Notes under the pieces: generated by a model
What the model saw: the letters and a program-made list of their open reading frames with translations, nothing else
Told to the model about the DNA's origin: nothing
Databases searched by the model: none
Position numbers and translations under genes: made by a program
Source: Deltaproteobacteria bacterium
Lineage (GTDB): Bacteria; Bdellovibrionota; JAJCYS01
DNA: 64,000 bases
Reading direction: 5' to 3'
Assembly (NCBI GenBank): GCA_029262815.1
Contig: JAJCYS010000038.1
Coordinates: forward strand, 15,182-79,181
Shown here: piece by piece, positions 50,136 through 59,834 of the stretch
Layout of the letters: every line of letters starts with the position of its first letter
Numbering within the stretch: position 1 is the first letter of the stretch

Positions 50136-50702
50136 ATGAAATTTCTGATCACTGCCTGTGTGTACAGCATCTTCATCTTTGGAAGTATCGGCTGTAAATC
50201 CAAAAATCCTGCGGATTTAAAACGAACAATCGAAAGTGGGCGTCAATTCTATGAATTGGTGGGCGTCAGCAGTCTTGATTCTGGGTATAAAGATTTACGC
50301 AAAGAAGTCAGTTTCTGGCACTTTGGCCCTAAACGGTTGACAATTCTTTTGAACAAAGCGACACAAGAAGCCACAAAACCAGCAACAGTTGAACGACCTG
50401 ATGGGCTTTTTTATGGGCCGCTCAGTGCATTCAAAAAAATCAAGACTTCTGATCGATTGCTAGCGGGGTCAGACAGATTGAAGGGCAGAACATTAAGACT
50501 CAAAGAGTGGCCCCAGCAAATGAAGGCTTTTATCATGCGTCAGCAAGCAGATGGTAGCCTAAAAAAAGACGTTGAGCTGACATTCAAAAAAGTGGATTTA
50601 CCGAGTGCGAAATTTTCTGTGATTTGGCCGGATCATCTGAAGGCTCCGGAGCCTTTGAAGCCCAAAGAACAAAAGCTGCAACCCATCTCCTCCAAAAAGT
50701 AG
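50136..50702 (+). CDS. lipoprotein, unknown function
   Basis: MKFLITACVYSIFIFGSIGC lipobox; 188 aa. Confidence 0.6.
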   Translation: MKFLITACVYSIFIFGSIGCKSKNPADLKRTIESGRQFYELVGVSSLDSGYKDLRKEVSFWHFGPKRLTILLNKATQEATKPATVERPDGLFYGPLSAFKKIKTSDRLLAGSDRLKGRTLRLKEWPQQMKAFIMRQQADGSLKKDVELTFKKVDLPSAKFSVIWPDHLKAPEPLKPKEQKLQPISSKK

Positions 50703-50731
50703 ACGGATCGCAGCTTTTTGAGTTCAAACTA

Positions 50732-52078
50732 TTATTTTTTCCTCCAATCTTTCCATTTGTTTTTCCAATAGTCTTTGGTCTGCTCCAGCGCACCTTTTTC
50801 TTGTTCTTTAACTTTTGGTTTTAACCCATACTGACGATTAACCTCATTTAAAGTTTTGTTATATTCTGCATTTAACTCATTGATCTCCAGCTGAAAATCC
50901 TGCTTATCTTCAAGAGTAAGGGCGGGTTTCACGTCTTTCTTTTGTCTCTGATTAAATTCGTTCACTTTTTCAAGATATGCTTTTTGTTGTTTTTTACTCT
51001 TTTCTTCAAGTTTAGCAAACGCTTCATCACCTATGTACTTATCACTTTGACTGCTACTTTTGTCATCTTCTTCGGCACTCTTCTCTTGCGAGTTACCATC
51101 CTGTGATTTGCTAGAGTCGTCTTGTTGTTTAGTTTCGCCCTCTTGGGAATTGCCATCATCATTTGATTGGTTGTCGTCTTCTTTAGTTTCTTCAGATTTA
51201 CTATCATCAACTTGTTTTACAGTCTTTTGAACAGGCCCTTTAACAATCGGCTTCCCTTTGCTTAGCAGCTGACCTTTTTTATTAATGGTTACGTCATTTA
51301 TATCCACCGCTTGAAATCCAACTTCCATCGTAAACTGCACGGTTACCGTGCTCGCTTCAGTTACTTTTGCAGCTGCTCGAATAAACCCTTCATTTTTAGT
51401 TGGTGTAAATATAAGTTCAGGCACACGGGGACAAATCTGAGTAAATGAGCATTTCAATGTTACATCTAAATTTTCTTCGTAAGGTTTCCGAACGATGAGC
51501 TCCTCTTTCGCATTTTCCATATCCAAGTGAGTCGGCAATGGACGAATCGGTCCACTCCAAATCAACCCATTAATGGTATCGCCATTTTTGATCTCATATG
51601 GTGAGACCCAAGGATTTTTTGCATCTCGTTTTTCTGCAATAAAATCAACAAACGTACCTTTCTCTTGCTCAGTATCCCAATAAAACATCCGTATTTTGAA
51701 AGCCCCTAGTCCTTCTTTAGGAAAAAAGTACACAAATTTACCGTTCAATGTCGTCTCAGGCTTGCCCTTATACTGGAATGGTTCTCCTAGGAATGACTTA
51801 ACACCCTTATCGACCGCTGCCTGTGCCCTCGTTTTAATAAACGCATAATGATCACTAACCACAGTCCCTTTTAGCTCCTCAGGTAGAGGTACAAACCATT
51901 TATCTGTGTTCTTTTGAGTTAATTCCTCTTTGGTGACCTTTACAACATCTTCTTTCTTCAGCACCTGCATCAGCTTTTTATTAAACTCTTCTTCCTTGAG
52001 AGGAACGCCGCAGCCAACAAACACCAAAATACATACAATTGCAATAAAAAATTCTTGTTTTTTCATATATTTCAACAT
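50732..52078 (-). CDS. lipoprotein with acidic low-complexity linker, unknown function
   Basis: Start at 52078 (MLKYMKKQEFFIAIVCILVFVGC) preceded by AAAGAGGTG; acidic Ser/Asp/Gln-rich linker then Lys-rich coiled-coil-like tail. Confidence 0.6.
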   Translation of the reverse strand: MLKYMKKQEFFIAIVCILVFVGCGVPLKEEEFNKKLMQVLKKEDVVKVTKEELTQKNTDKWFVPLPEELKGTVVSDHYAFIKTRAQAAVDKGVKSFLGEPFQYKGKPETTLNGKFVYFFPKEGLGAFKIRMFYWDTEQEKGTFVDFIAEKRDAKNPWVSPYEIKNGDTINGLIWSGPIRPLPTHLDMENAKEELIVRKPYEENLDVTLKCSFTQICPRVPELIFTPTKNEGFIRAAAKVTEASTVTVQFTMEVGFQAVDINDVTINKKGQLLSKGKPIVKGPVQKTVKQVDDSKSEETKEDDNQSNDDGNSQEGETKQQDDSSKSQDGNSQEKSAEEDDKSSSQSDKYIGDEAFAKLEEKSKKQQKAYLEKVNEFNQRQKKDVKPALTLEDKQDFQLEINELNAEYNKTLNEVNRQYGLKPKVKEQEKGALEQTKDYWKNKWKDWRKK

Positions 52079-52294
52079 GTTACACCTCTTTAGGTTGCGA
52101 AAACTTCTTTTCAGTTGACCATAAAAAATAAGTTTAAGCAATTTAAAAAACACTAATCGTTTTATCGGTTATTTAGCTAATAGTTTTAACAGTTTATGCA
52201 TCTATTTAATATTTAATGAATTTATATACTTACACTAAATATTTTATTTATAAATGTCGATCAGACGGTGAGGTTTCATGAAGGAGGGGGGAAG

Positions 52295-53023
52295 ATGAGC
52301 TATTTCAACAACCGTTTGGTGGTGTGTGCGTTTTTGGGCGCGGGGCTGCTGATATTGCCTGCCCAAAGCAATGCGTTCCAACCTAATGACGCTGGCCTTG
52401 CAACACCCGACAACTTTGATCAGATGCCGATTCAGTACCACAACGGCTCACAAGCAAGCCCCTATGACGCTCCTCAAGGTTATGACATGCCCCAACGAGA
52501 TCTCCCTGCAGCTCCTGAGATTCCGCGACAGCCCGCTCAATTCCCGACTGCGCCTAACTTGAACGCCCCCCAAGATATTCAACAGGGCTATGATGCTCCG
52601 CCGCAGTACAACAGCTACCCACAGAATCAAAACCCGTACCCTGATGTTCAACGAGATCCCAACAGTGATTATATGGATAAACAGCCCCCCCCTAATATGC
52701 AACAAGGATATGACTCACTGCCTCAAAGTAACAGCTACCCTCAAACTCAAAACCCCTATCCAGATGTTCAACGAGACCCTGAATCACTCAATGATTCTGA
52801 TCCGTTTGATCAAAATCAATATGACCAAAACCCTCAAGATTATCCTTCTGAATTCATTGATTCAGGAGAACCAGACGCAAATCTACCTCAGGCGGATCGA
52901 CTACCTCTGCAAACACCTTTTGAGCCCCCACAGATTGATGATTTCTCACCTGAGCAAGAGTTACAAAATCCACAACCCTATCCTGAATTTGACCAACAAC
53001 AGCTGGATGACATTCGACAGTAA
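52295..53023 (+). CDS. secreted Pro/Gln/Tyr/Asp-rich repeat protein
   Basis: Start at ATG 52295 after GAAGGAGGGGGG; signal peptide ...LPAQSNA; internal direct repeat QQGYDxxPQxNSYPQxQNPYPDVQRDP occurs twice. Confidence 0.6.
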   Translation: MSYFNNRLVVCAFLGAGLLILPAQSNAFQPNDAGLATPDNFDQMPIQYHNGSQASPYDAPQGYDMPQRDLPAAPEIPRQPAQFPTAPNLNAPQDIQQGYDAPPQYNSYPQNQNPYPDVQRDPNSDYMDKQPPPNMQQGYDSLPQSNSYPQTQNPYPDVQRDPESLNDSDPFDQNQYDQNPQDYPSEFIDSGEPDANLPQADRLPLQTPFEPPQIDDFSPEQELQNPQPYPEFDQQQLDDIRQ

Positions 53024-53179
53024 GATAGATTGCTTCGGATAGTACGCCTGCGACGACAGATGGATCCCTGCCTCCGTGTATAGTCCCGAAAGATTGCAAG
53101 TATAGAAAGGAAGTGATAAGAGGGATAGAGTACAGCAACGGCCTGACACCGCCATCTCTACCAAAATATCGAATCGTCT

Positions 53180-55636
53180 CTATTTAAATAATTTGGATAA
53201 AATGTCTCGCACATTGTTGAAAAACAACAGCTTCAACCCCGACTTGCTACCCTTCTCAAGTTGATCCACATCTGCTTTGTTCTCTTTGGGCAAAAATACA
53301 GTTTTAAGTCCTTCACGTCTGGCTGCCAACAACTTCTCTTTGATACCACCCACTGGCAACAAATCACCAGATAAAGAAATCTCACCCGTCATGGCCAATT
53401 TAGGGGGCATCACCTGGCCCGTTGCCAACGATATCAACACAGACAAAAGCACTACGCCTGCAGATGGCCCATCTTTTGGGATGGCACCCGCTGGCACATG
53501 AATGTGTAACTCATGCTCTCTAAAAAAATCTGAAGACGCCCCATAAAAATGGGCGTATTTCATCGCAAAGGTATGAGCAAGATGGGCACTCTCATTCATC
53601 ACATCACCAATTTGGCCCGTGATCGTATACCCACCTTTTTTTGCAGTAGACGGCATCGCTACACATTCGATAGTGAGGATGTCACCTCCTACTGGCGTCC
53701 AAGCCAAACCATAGGCCATACCAGGGCGCTTGAAGGTCCGAATCTTCTGTTCACGGTACACACTGGGACCTAAAATCTTGGCGATTGCACCTTTTTGCCA
53801 CTTTACTTTTTCAGCTTGTTTTTCGGCTACCAAATAAAAAGCTTGCTTACGCATCAACGTCGCCAAACATTGATCCAAATAACGAACCCCTGCTTCACGC
53901 GCATAGTCTGAAATTAAAAACTTCATCATTGAGTCAGGCATACGAAAATCTTTTTGCTTCAACCCATGTTTTTTTAAAAGTTTCGGTACTAAATGCTTTT
54001 TAGCAATAAACAATTTCTCAGCTTCGTTATACCCATGAACCTCTATCACTTCCATCCGATCAACCAACGGTTCTGGAATTTCTTCCAAAACGTTCGCAGT
54101 AACAATGAACAACACCTTGCTCAAATCAAAAGGCACATCAATATAATGGTCTAAAAATGAATGATTCTGCTCCGGATCAAACACTTCAAGCAACGCAGCT
54201 GCCGGATCTCCTTGGTAGCTTATCCCCAACTTATCAATCTCATCCATCAGGATCACAGGGTTCTGACTGCCGACTCGTTTCATCGCTTCGATAATCTTAC
54301 CCGGCATGGCACCCACATATGTCCGACGGTGACCTTTAATTTCAGCCTCATCTCGCATTCCACCGAGAGAAAACCGAAAAAATTTACGGCCCATCGCCTT
54401 TGCAATACTTTCACCTAAGCTGGTTTTGCCACATCCAGGCGGGCCAACCAAGCACAATACACTACCAGCATATTGTGGATTCAATTTTCGTACTGCCAGG
54501 AACTCTAAAATTCGCTCTTTGATTTTTTGTAACCCGTAGTGCGTTTTATTCAGCTCACGCGTTGCGGCCTTGATATCACTGCATTCTTCAGTAGTCTCAC
54601 CCCAGGGTAAAAACAAAATATATTCCAAATAATTTCGGAGTACTTGATATTCCGGAGACATATCACTCATGTGCTCCAACTTGTCAATATGCTCCTCGAT
54701 CTGATCTAAAGGCTCTTTAGGCAAAGTTAACTCATCAAGCCGCACGCGATATCGCTCAATCGCTTTTGACTGCTCGTCTTGCTTCATCCCAAGTTCTTGC
54801 TGAATCTGGCGCAACTGTTCCTTGAGAAAAAATTCACGTTGCACTTTTGTGATCTTATCGTTCACTTCACTTTGGATTTTCTTCTGCAACTCTAGCAACT
54901 CGTATTCTCGCTTTAATTCAACAAGCACCATACTGAGTCGCTTTTTCACATTCGAAATAGAAAGGTATTTATTAATCTTCGACAACGTCATTGGAATGGT
55001 ATACGCCACCAAATCCGCTAGTTCACCAGGATGATGGGTGTTTACCATAGCAAGACGCATTTCATCAGAGAAGAGCGGCTGCGTTTGAGCCAGTTCCTTC
55101 ACCTGATAAATCAACGCTCGCATCAAAGCTTCGGTTTCTTGATCGCGAAGCAGTTTGTCTTCCAGATATTGAACCGATGCAAAAATGTGTTGACCACTTT
55201 CTAATACTTCTTGAATTCGAAATCGTTTGAGCCCCTGCACCAAAACATGGCTGCCCTCATCAGGTAGATTGACCTTTTTGAGAACCTTTACAGCCACACC
55301 ATATCTGAATACCTGGCGCTCACCGAGGGTCTGTTTATCTTCATGCCCTTCCCGGGGCACAATCAAACCCACAATGCCATGGTCCACCATCAGTTTATTC
55401 AGCATCACAAGATGATGCTTTTCGATGATAAAAAGGGGTGCCATCAAACCCGGATAAACCATCCGAGAACGAATCGGCATACAATACAGCTCATTAGGCA
55501 GCTCTACGTCACGGCCGCCGTTAGGCACCTTCAGCACAGCCTGGCCAAAATCCTTTAGAAAACTGGGATCTCCAGATCCGTTTTTTTCTTCAGCTACCAA
55601 TACAGAATCTATACTATCGTTAAAATAATCACTCAA
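53180..55636 (-). CDS. lon: ATP-dependent Lon protease
   Basis: GPPGCGKTS Walker A, KDGPSAG catalytic-Ser region; 818 aa. Confidence 0.9.
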   Translation of the reverse strand: MSDYFNDSIDSVLVAEEKNGSGDPSFLKDFGQAVLKVPNGGRDVELPNELYCMPIRSRMVYPGLMAPLFIIEKHHLVMLNKLMVDHGIVGLIVPREGHEDKQTLGERQVFRYGVAVKVLKKVNLPDEGSHVLVQGLKRFRIQEVLESGQHIFASVQYLEDKLLRDQETEALMRALIYQVKELAQTQPLFSDEMRLAMVNTHHPGELADLVAYTIPMTLSKINKYLSISNVKKRLSMVLVELKREYELLELQKKIQSEVNDKITKVQREFFLKEQLRQIQQELGMKQDEQSKAIERYRVRLDELTLPKEPLDQIEEHIDKLEHMSDMSPEYQVLRNYLEYILFLPWGETTEECSDIKAATRELNKTHYGLQKIKERILEFLAVRKLNPQYAGSVLCLVGPPGCGKTSLGESIAKAMGRKFFRFSLGGMRDEAEIKGHRRTYVGAMPGKIIEAMKRVGSQNPVILMDEIDKLGISYQGDPAAALLEVFDPEQNHSFLDHYIDVPFDLSKVLFIVTANVLEEIPEPLVDRMEVIEVHGYNEAEKLFIAKKHLVPKLLKKHGLKQKDFRMPDSMMKFLISDYAREAGVRYLDQCLATLMRKQAFYLVAEKQAEKVKWQKGAIAKILGPSVYREQKIRTFKRPGMAYGLAWTPVGGDILTIECVAMPSTAKKGGYTITGQIGDVMNESAHLAHTFAMKYAHFYGASSDFFREHELHIHVPAGAIPKDGPSAGVVLLSVLISLATGQVMPPKLAMTGEISLSGDLLPVGGIKEKLLAARREGLKTVFLPKENKADVDQLEKGSKSGLKLLFFNNVRDILSKLFK

Positions 55637-55654
55637 TGGGCTTTACCTTCCGAT

Positions 55655-57802
55655 CTATAACATATGCAACACTTCGCGCTCTTTTGCAAATGTAAAACGC
55701 TCAGCATAAGAAAAACGCTCAGAAAAGGTGTGTAAACGGTCCTCAACATAGGTCACCCCGAGAGATTTAGCATAGGCCATGATCCCTCCCTTATATGGCG
55801 GGAACCCTGCACCGAAGACCATCCCAACGTCAATCCACTCTGGCCCAGATACCACTTTCTCGTTGACCAGGCGACACCCTTCCGCAAGCATAGGTAATAT
55901 CAAACGATCTTTAATATCCTCATCCGTCACAGACACAGGCGCCTGCCCACGTGCCACATGTTTGGCAATGGATTGGCAATAAGACTCGTCTAAAGAGGGT
56001 TTCTTGCTGTCATAGGTATAAAACCCTTTTTGTGTCTTTCGCCCTAACCGGCCTGCCTGGATCATTTGATCCAACCCAGCTGGTACAGCATATCGATCCC
56101 CATGTTGTTCAAACAAAATTCGTGCCACATGGTTTCCGATGTCTATGCCGATCTCATCTAGTAACCTCAATGGCCCCATCGGCAATCCAAAATTCTTAGC
56201 AAGTTTTTCCATTCTCGCCGGAGCCACACCATCAGCCAAGAGTTGGACCCCTTCATTGAGATACATCCCCAGCATACGGTTCACCACAAATCCGGATGTA
56301 TCCTGACACACCAAGGGGAATTTGCCCAACTTGACCACAAATTGGCACAGACGATCAATGATCTCTGGATCAGTCTGTTTACCCTGAATGACCTCCACAA
56401 GAGGCATTCGAAGTACGGGGTTGAAAAAATGTAATCCTGCAAACCGCTCAGGATGCTTCAACTTCGCACCCACTTCTGACAATGGGAGTGAACTCGTATT
56501 GGTTACCAAAATACAATCTTTTGAAATAACCGACTCAAGCTCAGAAAAAACTTTATGCTTAACATCCAAATCCTCAAACACAGCTTCAATCACACAATCT
56601 AGCCCGTCAAATCCGTACGGATCGGTCTGTAGCCGAAGGTTGCGCTGGACATCAGCCGCCCACCGAGACCAAACTTTTCGTGAGGATTTATGGGCCGATT
56701 TTAATGATTTTTGAACAACATCTAAATTTAAATCTCGACATCGCGTAAAAATACCGGATTTTGCAGCGCTCAAAGCGATGCCAACGCCCATTACACCCCC
56801 TCCAATGACGCCTAGGGTAGCCAATGGGGGTTGGGAGGTTTTCACTCTGCCAATTTTTTTTGACGATTCAGAGAGATTAAAGACCCGAATTAAATTCTTT
56901 GATGTCTCTGTAATAGCAGTTTTAGCAAACGCACGATTCTCTATTTCAAATGCTTTACTTTCAGGTAGAAAATATGTTTGACGCACAACTTCACATACAG
57001 CAGAAAGCGCCGGATAATTTTTACGCATCGGTTCAATTGATTTACGAACCATATAAACCACGAGCGGCGTAAACGCCAGTTTAAACCCCGATACTGCAGT
57101 GCGCTTCTGACCATGTTTCCGAATCATTTGGGCACACACATCTGGCCCTGGCACAACATGCTCATCCACCAATACGTCGACCATATTCAGACGTTTTGCA
57201 GCACGGGGAGTTAATGCCTTACCCTTTAGAATAAGCTCTAGGGCAGATTTTGGCCCAATACGTCTAGGTAATAATACTGTTCCCCCGAAGCCAGGAATAA
57301 TACCCAATTTCGTCTCCGGTAAACCAACCTTGTATTTGGGGTTTTTGTTCATCGCTATGACGTCACAAAACAAAGCAAGCTCGTAACCACCACCCAAGCA
57401 TGTGCCATTCAACCAAGCAATGGTCTTGGCTTTTAAGGCTTTAAACCGTCCAAACACAGCTTTTCCAGCTTCTGCTTTTTTGATGGCATCTTCTTCCTGA
57501 GTAATGGACTCAATCATTGAAATATCAGCGCCCGCTAAAAAGATACCTGGTTTTGCACTTCGAAATACAAGCACCTCAGCCTCTTCAGCTAACGTTGTAT
57601 TCAGAAACGCGCCTAATTCTTGCATGAATTCGAACGTTAAAATATTTGCAGATCGACCGTGGGTATGAAACTGAAGTTCACAGTAATTACCCCCACTTGG
57701 AAGCACACCCGTAACCACCGTAAAGTTTTGATACGGTTCTCCTAAAGAAGTCTGATCTTGATTTTTTGAATTATGCGACTGATTGAATCCAGAGAGCTCC
57801 AC
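55655..57802 (-). CDS. fatty-acid oxidation complex alpha subunit (enoyl-CoA hydratase / 3-hydroxyacyl-CoA dehydrogenase, FadJ/FadB-like)
   Basis: N-terminal crotonase-fold domain then NAD-binding GVIGGGVMGVGIA; 715 aa; downstream of the thiolase gene (fadIJ-like order). Confidence 0.85.
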   Translation of the reverse strand: MELSGFNQSHNSKNQDQTSLGEPYQNFTVVTGVLPSGGNYCELQFHTHGRSANILTFEFMQELGAFLNTTLAEEAEVLVFRSAKPGIFLAGADISMIESITQEEDAIKKAEAGKAVFGRFKALKAKTIAWLNGTCLGGGYELALFCDVIAMNKNPKYKVGLPETKLGIIPGFGGTVLLPRRIGPKSALELILKGKALTPRAAKRLNMVDVLVDEHVVPGPDVCAQMIRKHGQKRTAVSGFKLAFTPLVVYMVRKSIEPMRKNYPALSAVCEVVRQTYFLPESKAFEIENRAFAKTAITETSKNLIRVFNLSESSKKIGRVKTSQPPLATLGVIGGGVMGVGIALSAAKSGIFTRCRDLNLDVVQKSLKSAHKSSRKVWSRWAADVQRNLRLQTDPYGFDGLDCVIEAVFEDLDVKHKVFSELESVISKDCILVTNTSSLPLSEVGAKLKHPERFAGLHFFNPVLRMPLVEVIQGKQTDPEIIDRLCQFVVKLGKFPLVCQDTSGFVVNRMLGMYLNEGVQLLADGVAPARMEKLAKNFGLPMGPLRLLDEIGIDIGNHVARILFEQHGDRYAVPAGLDQMIQAGRLGRKTQKGFYTYDSKKPSLDESYCQSIAKHVARGQAPVSVTDEDIKDRLILPMLAEGCRLVNEKVVSGPEWIDVGMVFGAGFPPYKGGIMAYAKSLGVTYVEDRLHTFSERFSYAERFTFAKEREVLHML

Positions 57803-59057
57803 CTTGTCCTCCTCCTATACAAAGGCTCGCCAGGCCTTGGTTCAATTTCTCTTTTTGTAAGTAGCGACTTAACGTTAGTACCAATCGTGCACCCGAAGCC
57901 CCTAATGGGTGCCCCATGGCGATAGCTCCTCCGTTGGGATTTAAAGTTTCAAGGTTAGGCATCCCAAGCGTCTCTTCAGATTTTGCGATCTCTTTGATGC
58001 ATGCCAATACTTGGGCCGCAAATGCCTCGTTGATCTCTAAAACATCCATATCCTTCCATGTCATGTTGTGCTTTTCGAGGAGCGTTCGCGTTGCAAATGC
58101 TGGACCTAACCCCATACGTTTGGGGTCACAGCCTGCAAAGGCATAGTCTTTTAAAACCGCAATAATAGGCAGCCCCAAAGCTTTGGCTTTATTTTCACTC
58201 GCGACGAGGAGGCCTACCGCACCGTCTGTAACTTGCGACGCATTGCCAACGGTGACACTGCCACCCAGACGTTGAAAAATCGGTTTAAGTTTGGCGAGTT
58301 TTTCGGATGAGGAATCTCCACGAATACCGTTGTCCGCAGCTACAACATGAGCTGAATGCCCATTCACGACGGGCCGAACTTCTCCTTCAAAAAATCCTGA
58401 TTCCCAAGCTTTGGTTGCCTTATGATGGCTACTTACGGCGAAAGCATCTTGTTCCTGACGACTGATGTCATATTCTTGAGCAAGCACTTCAGCAGTGCTG
58501 CCCATGATTAGATGCGCGATGGGATCCGTCAATCCCTCTATCAAAGTGTTAATGGGCTTTAAGTCTTTGGGTCGTATTTTTGAAAATACTTTTAATTTTT
58601 GGATAAAACTCTTAGCACGCATGAGCGGTTCTAGCTTGCTTTTGAAAGAAAGTGGGTACCGCATAGGGTAGAAGCTCATAGATTCGACGCCCCCAACCAT
58701 GACCAGTTCAGAGCGACCCAACCAAATCTGATTCATCGCATGAGTCACAGCATCTAACCCTGATGAACAATTTCGAGCCACCGTATAGGCTGGGATACGC
58801 TTTGACAGCGACGTCTTCAGTTGAATGACACGGGCAATATTGGGCGCCATTGATGATTGGCCTACACACCCAAAAATGACTTCACCCACATGGTCTCTCA
58901 CTTTTGGAAAAGCTGCCAGCAAGTCATTGACCACATACGCACCTAAGTCCTCTGGTGCGACATTTCTGAGGGTACTTCCGGCCTTAACAAACGGGGTACG
59001 AACACCAGCACAAAGAACGACCCGGGGCTTTTGACTGCTCATCTTCACATCACTCAT
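57771..59057 (-). CDS. 3-ketoacyl-CoA thiolase (acetyl-CoA C-acyltransferase, FadI/FadA-like)
   Basis: Thiolase blocks VARNCSSGLDAV (active Cys) and C-terminal CIGGGQGGALWI; 428 aa. Confidence 0.85.
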   Translation of the reverse strand: MSDVKMSSQKPRVVLCAGVRTPFVKAGSTLRNVAPEDLGAYVVNDLLAAFPKVRDHVGEVIFGCVGQSSMAPNIARVIQLKTSLSKRIPAYTVARNCSSGLDAVTHAMNQIWLGRSELVMVGGVESMSFYPMRYPLSFKSKLEPLMRAKSFIQKLKVFSKIRPKDLKPINTLIEGLTDPIAHLIMGSTAEVLAQEYDISRQEQDAFAVSSHHKATKAWESGFFEGEVRPVVNGHSAHVVAADNGIRGDSSSEKLAKLKPIFQRLGGSVTVGNASQVTDGAVGLLVASENKAKALGLPIIAVLKDYAFAGCDPKRMGLGPAFATRTLLEKHNMTWKDMDVLEINEAFAAQVLACIKEIAKSEETLGMPNLETLNPNGGAIAMGHPLGASGARLVLTLSRYLQKEKLNQGLASLCIGGGQGGALWIQSVA

Positions 59058-59131
59058 ACGGGTTAACCCACCTTTAACAAAGACTGATCTAACAAAAATT
59101 TCATGTACATCATACCATTATTGAACTATCT

Positions 59132-59473
59132 TTGTTCGCAATGATACTGTATAAAACGATGATCCGGGGCTTTCTGTTCGCTACCAGCTTAACCCTGTCT
59201 GGATGTCAAAATGCACCGACACCACAACACTTCCAAGTATCCCTCAAAACCCTCATCGAACAAAAACCTAACCTTGTCCAAACACTAGATCATTATGGAT
59301 TACTCGTTGTTGATGCAACCTCTGGGCAGATAGTCGCACAACGCACTCATCTCACTCCCGGCACAAAATTAAAGCTTCTGCTTAAGAAAAATACCCCCTA
59401 TTTTATTCTTATTATTGCCAAAGATGCCTCTGGCACGCTCCTATACGCCAAAGAGACTCTCGAGACATTTTAG
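59132..59473 (+). CDS. small lipoprotein, unknown function
   Basis: Signal peptide with lipobox LSGC; 113 aa. Confidence 0.5.
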   Translation: MFAMILYKTMIRGFLFATSLTLSGCQNAPTPQHFQVSLKTLIEQKPNLVQTLDHYGLLVVDATSGQIVAQRTHLTPGTKLKLLLKKNTPYFILIIAKDASGTLLYAKETLETF

Positions 59474-59521
59474 GTTTCTAGCCCCTCCTACTCTCCCTTC
59501 TTGCCCCCAAGCCACTATCAT

Positions 59522-59556
59522 GTCATTTTCGACGAGATTGCTTCGTCGAAAATGAC
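59522..59556. terminator. perfect 14-bp palindrome GTCATTTTCGACGA-GATTGCT-TCGTCGAAAATGAC
   Basis: Read directly. Lies between the lipoprotein gene and the 5S terminator; no flanking U-tract, so it may be a protein-binding or RNA-processing site instead. Confidence 0.35.
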
Positions 59557-59567
59557 GGTAAAAAGAC

Positions 59568-59603
59568 AAAAAAAAATCCAAGGGATAAACCCTCGGATTT
59601 TTT
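59568..59603 (-). terminator. intrinsic terminator of the 5S rRNA gene
   Basis: On minus-strand RNA: AUCCGAGGG-UUUAU-CCCUUGGAU (9-bp stem with one G-U) followed by U9. Confidence 0.65.
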
Positions 59604-59607
59604 TAAA

Positions 59608-59721
59608 GTTGCGCTGTACTACTCTCCCACAGGGCTACCCCTGCAGTACCATCGTCGCTGAGGAGCTTAACTGCCGAGTTCGGAATGGGATCGGGTGTTT
59701 CCTCCTTGCTATCAGGACAAC
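59608..59721 (-). rRNA. rrf: 5S ribosomal RNA (solitary)
   Basis: Minus-strand sequence ...CCGAUCCCAUUCCGAACUCGGCAGUUAAGCUCCUCAGCGACGAUGGUACUGCAGGGGUAGCCCUGUGGGAGAGUAGUACAGCGCAAC aligns block-for-block with bacterial 5S (CCGAACUC, GUUAAGC, CGAUGGUACUG, GGGAGAGUAG). Ends are +/-5 nt. Confidence 0.85.
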
Positions 59722-59726
59722 GAAAT

Positions 59727-59756
59727 CAAGGTATCAAGCGACCCCTCTCAAGTCAA
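59727..59756 (-). promoter_or_regulatory. candidate sigma70-type promoter for the 5S gene (TTGACT -35, weak TACCTT -10)
   Basis: On minus strand: AAAAGCTTGACTTGAGAGGGGTCGCTTGATACCTTGATTTCG then the 5S 5' end; spacing and -10 are imperfect. Confidence 0.3.
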
Positions 59757-59834
59757 GCTTTTGTTTGTTATACTAGGGTTGCACGATTAACACGTTCTCT
59801 ATCTGGCACGTGCGTGTTTCGAACGGGATGTTCT

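Noticed and set aside
52448-53042. Alternative-frame ORFs (52590-53042 +, 52448-52705 -, 52854-53138 -) across the Pro/Gln-rich gene
   Set aside because: They are frame shadows of a repetitive gene; only the 52295 frame has a signal peptide and a ribosome-binding site.
59800-59820. Sigma-54 promoter (CTGGCACGTGCGTGTTT) upstream of the AsmA-family gene
   Set aside because: The -24 TGGCAC is present but the -12 GC element is missing at the correct spacing, so it is not convincing.
59501-59834. ORFs 59501-59776 (+) and the N-terminal extension of 59685-62120 as coding sequence
   Set aside because: They overlap the 5S rRNA gene and its terminator; the AsmA-family protein has a plausible start and TM helix at 59835.
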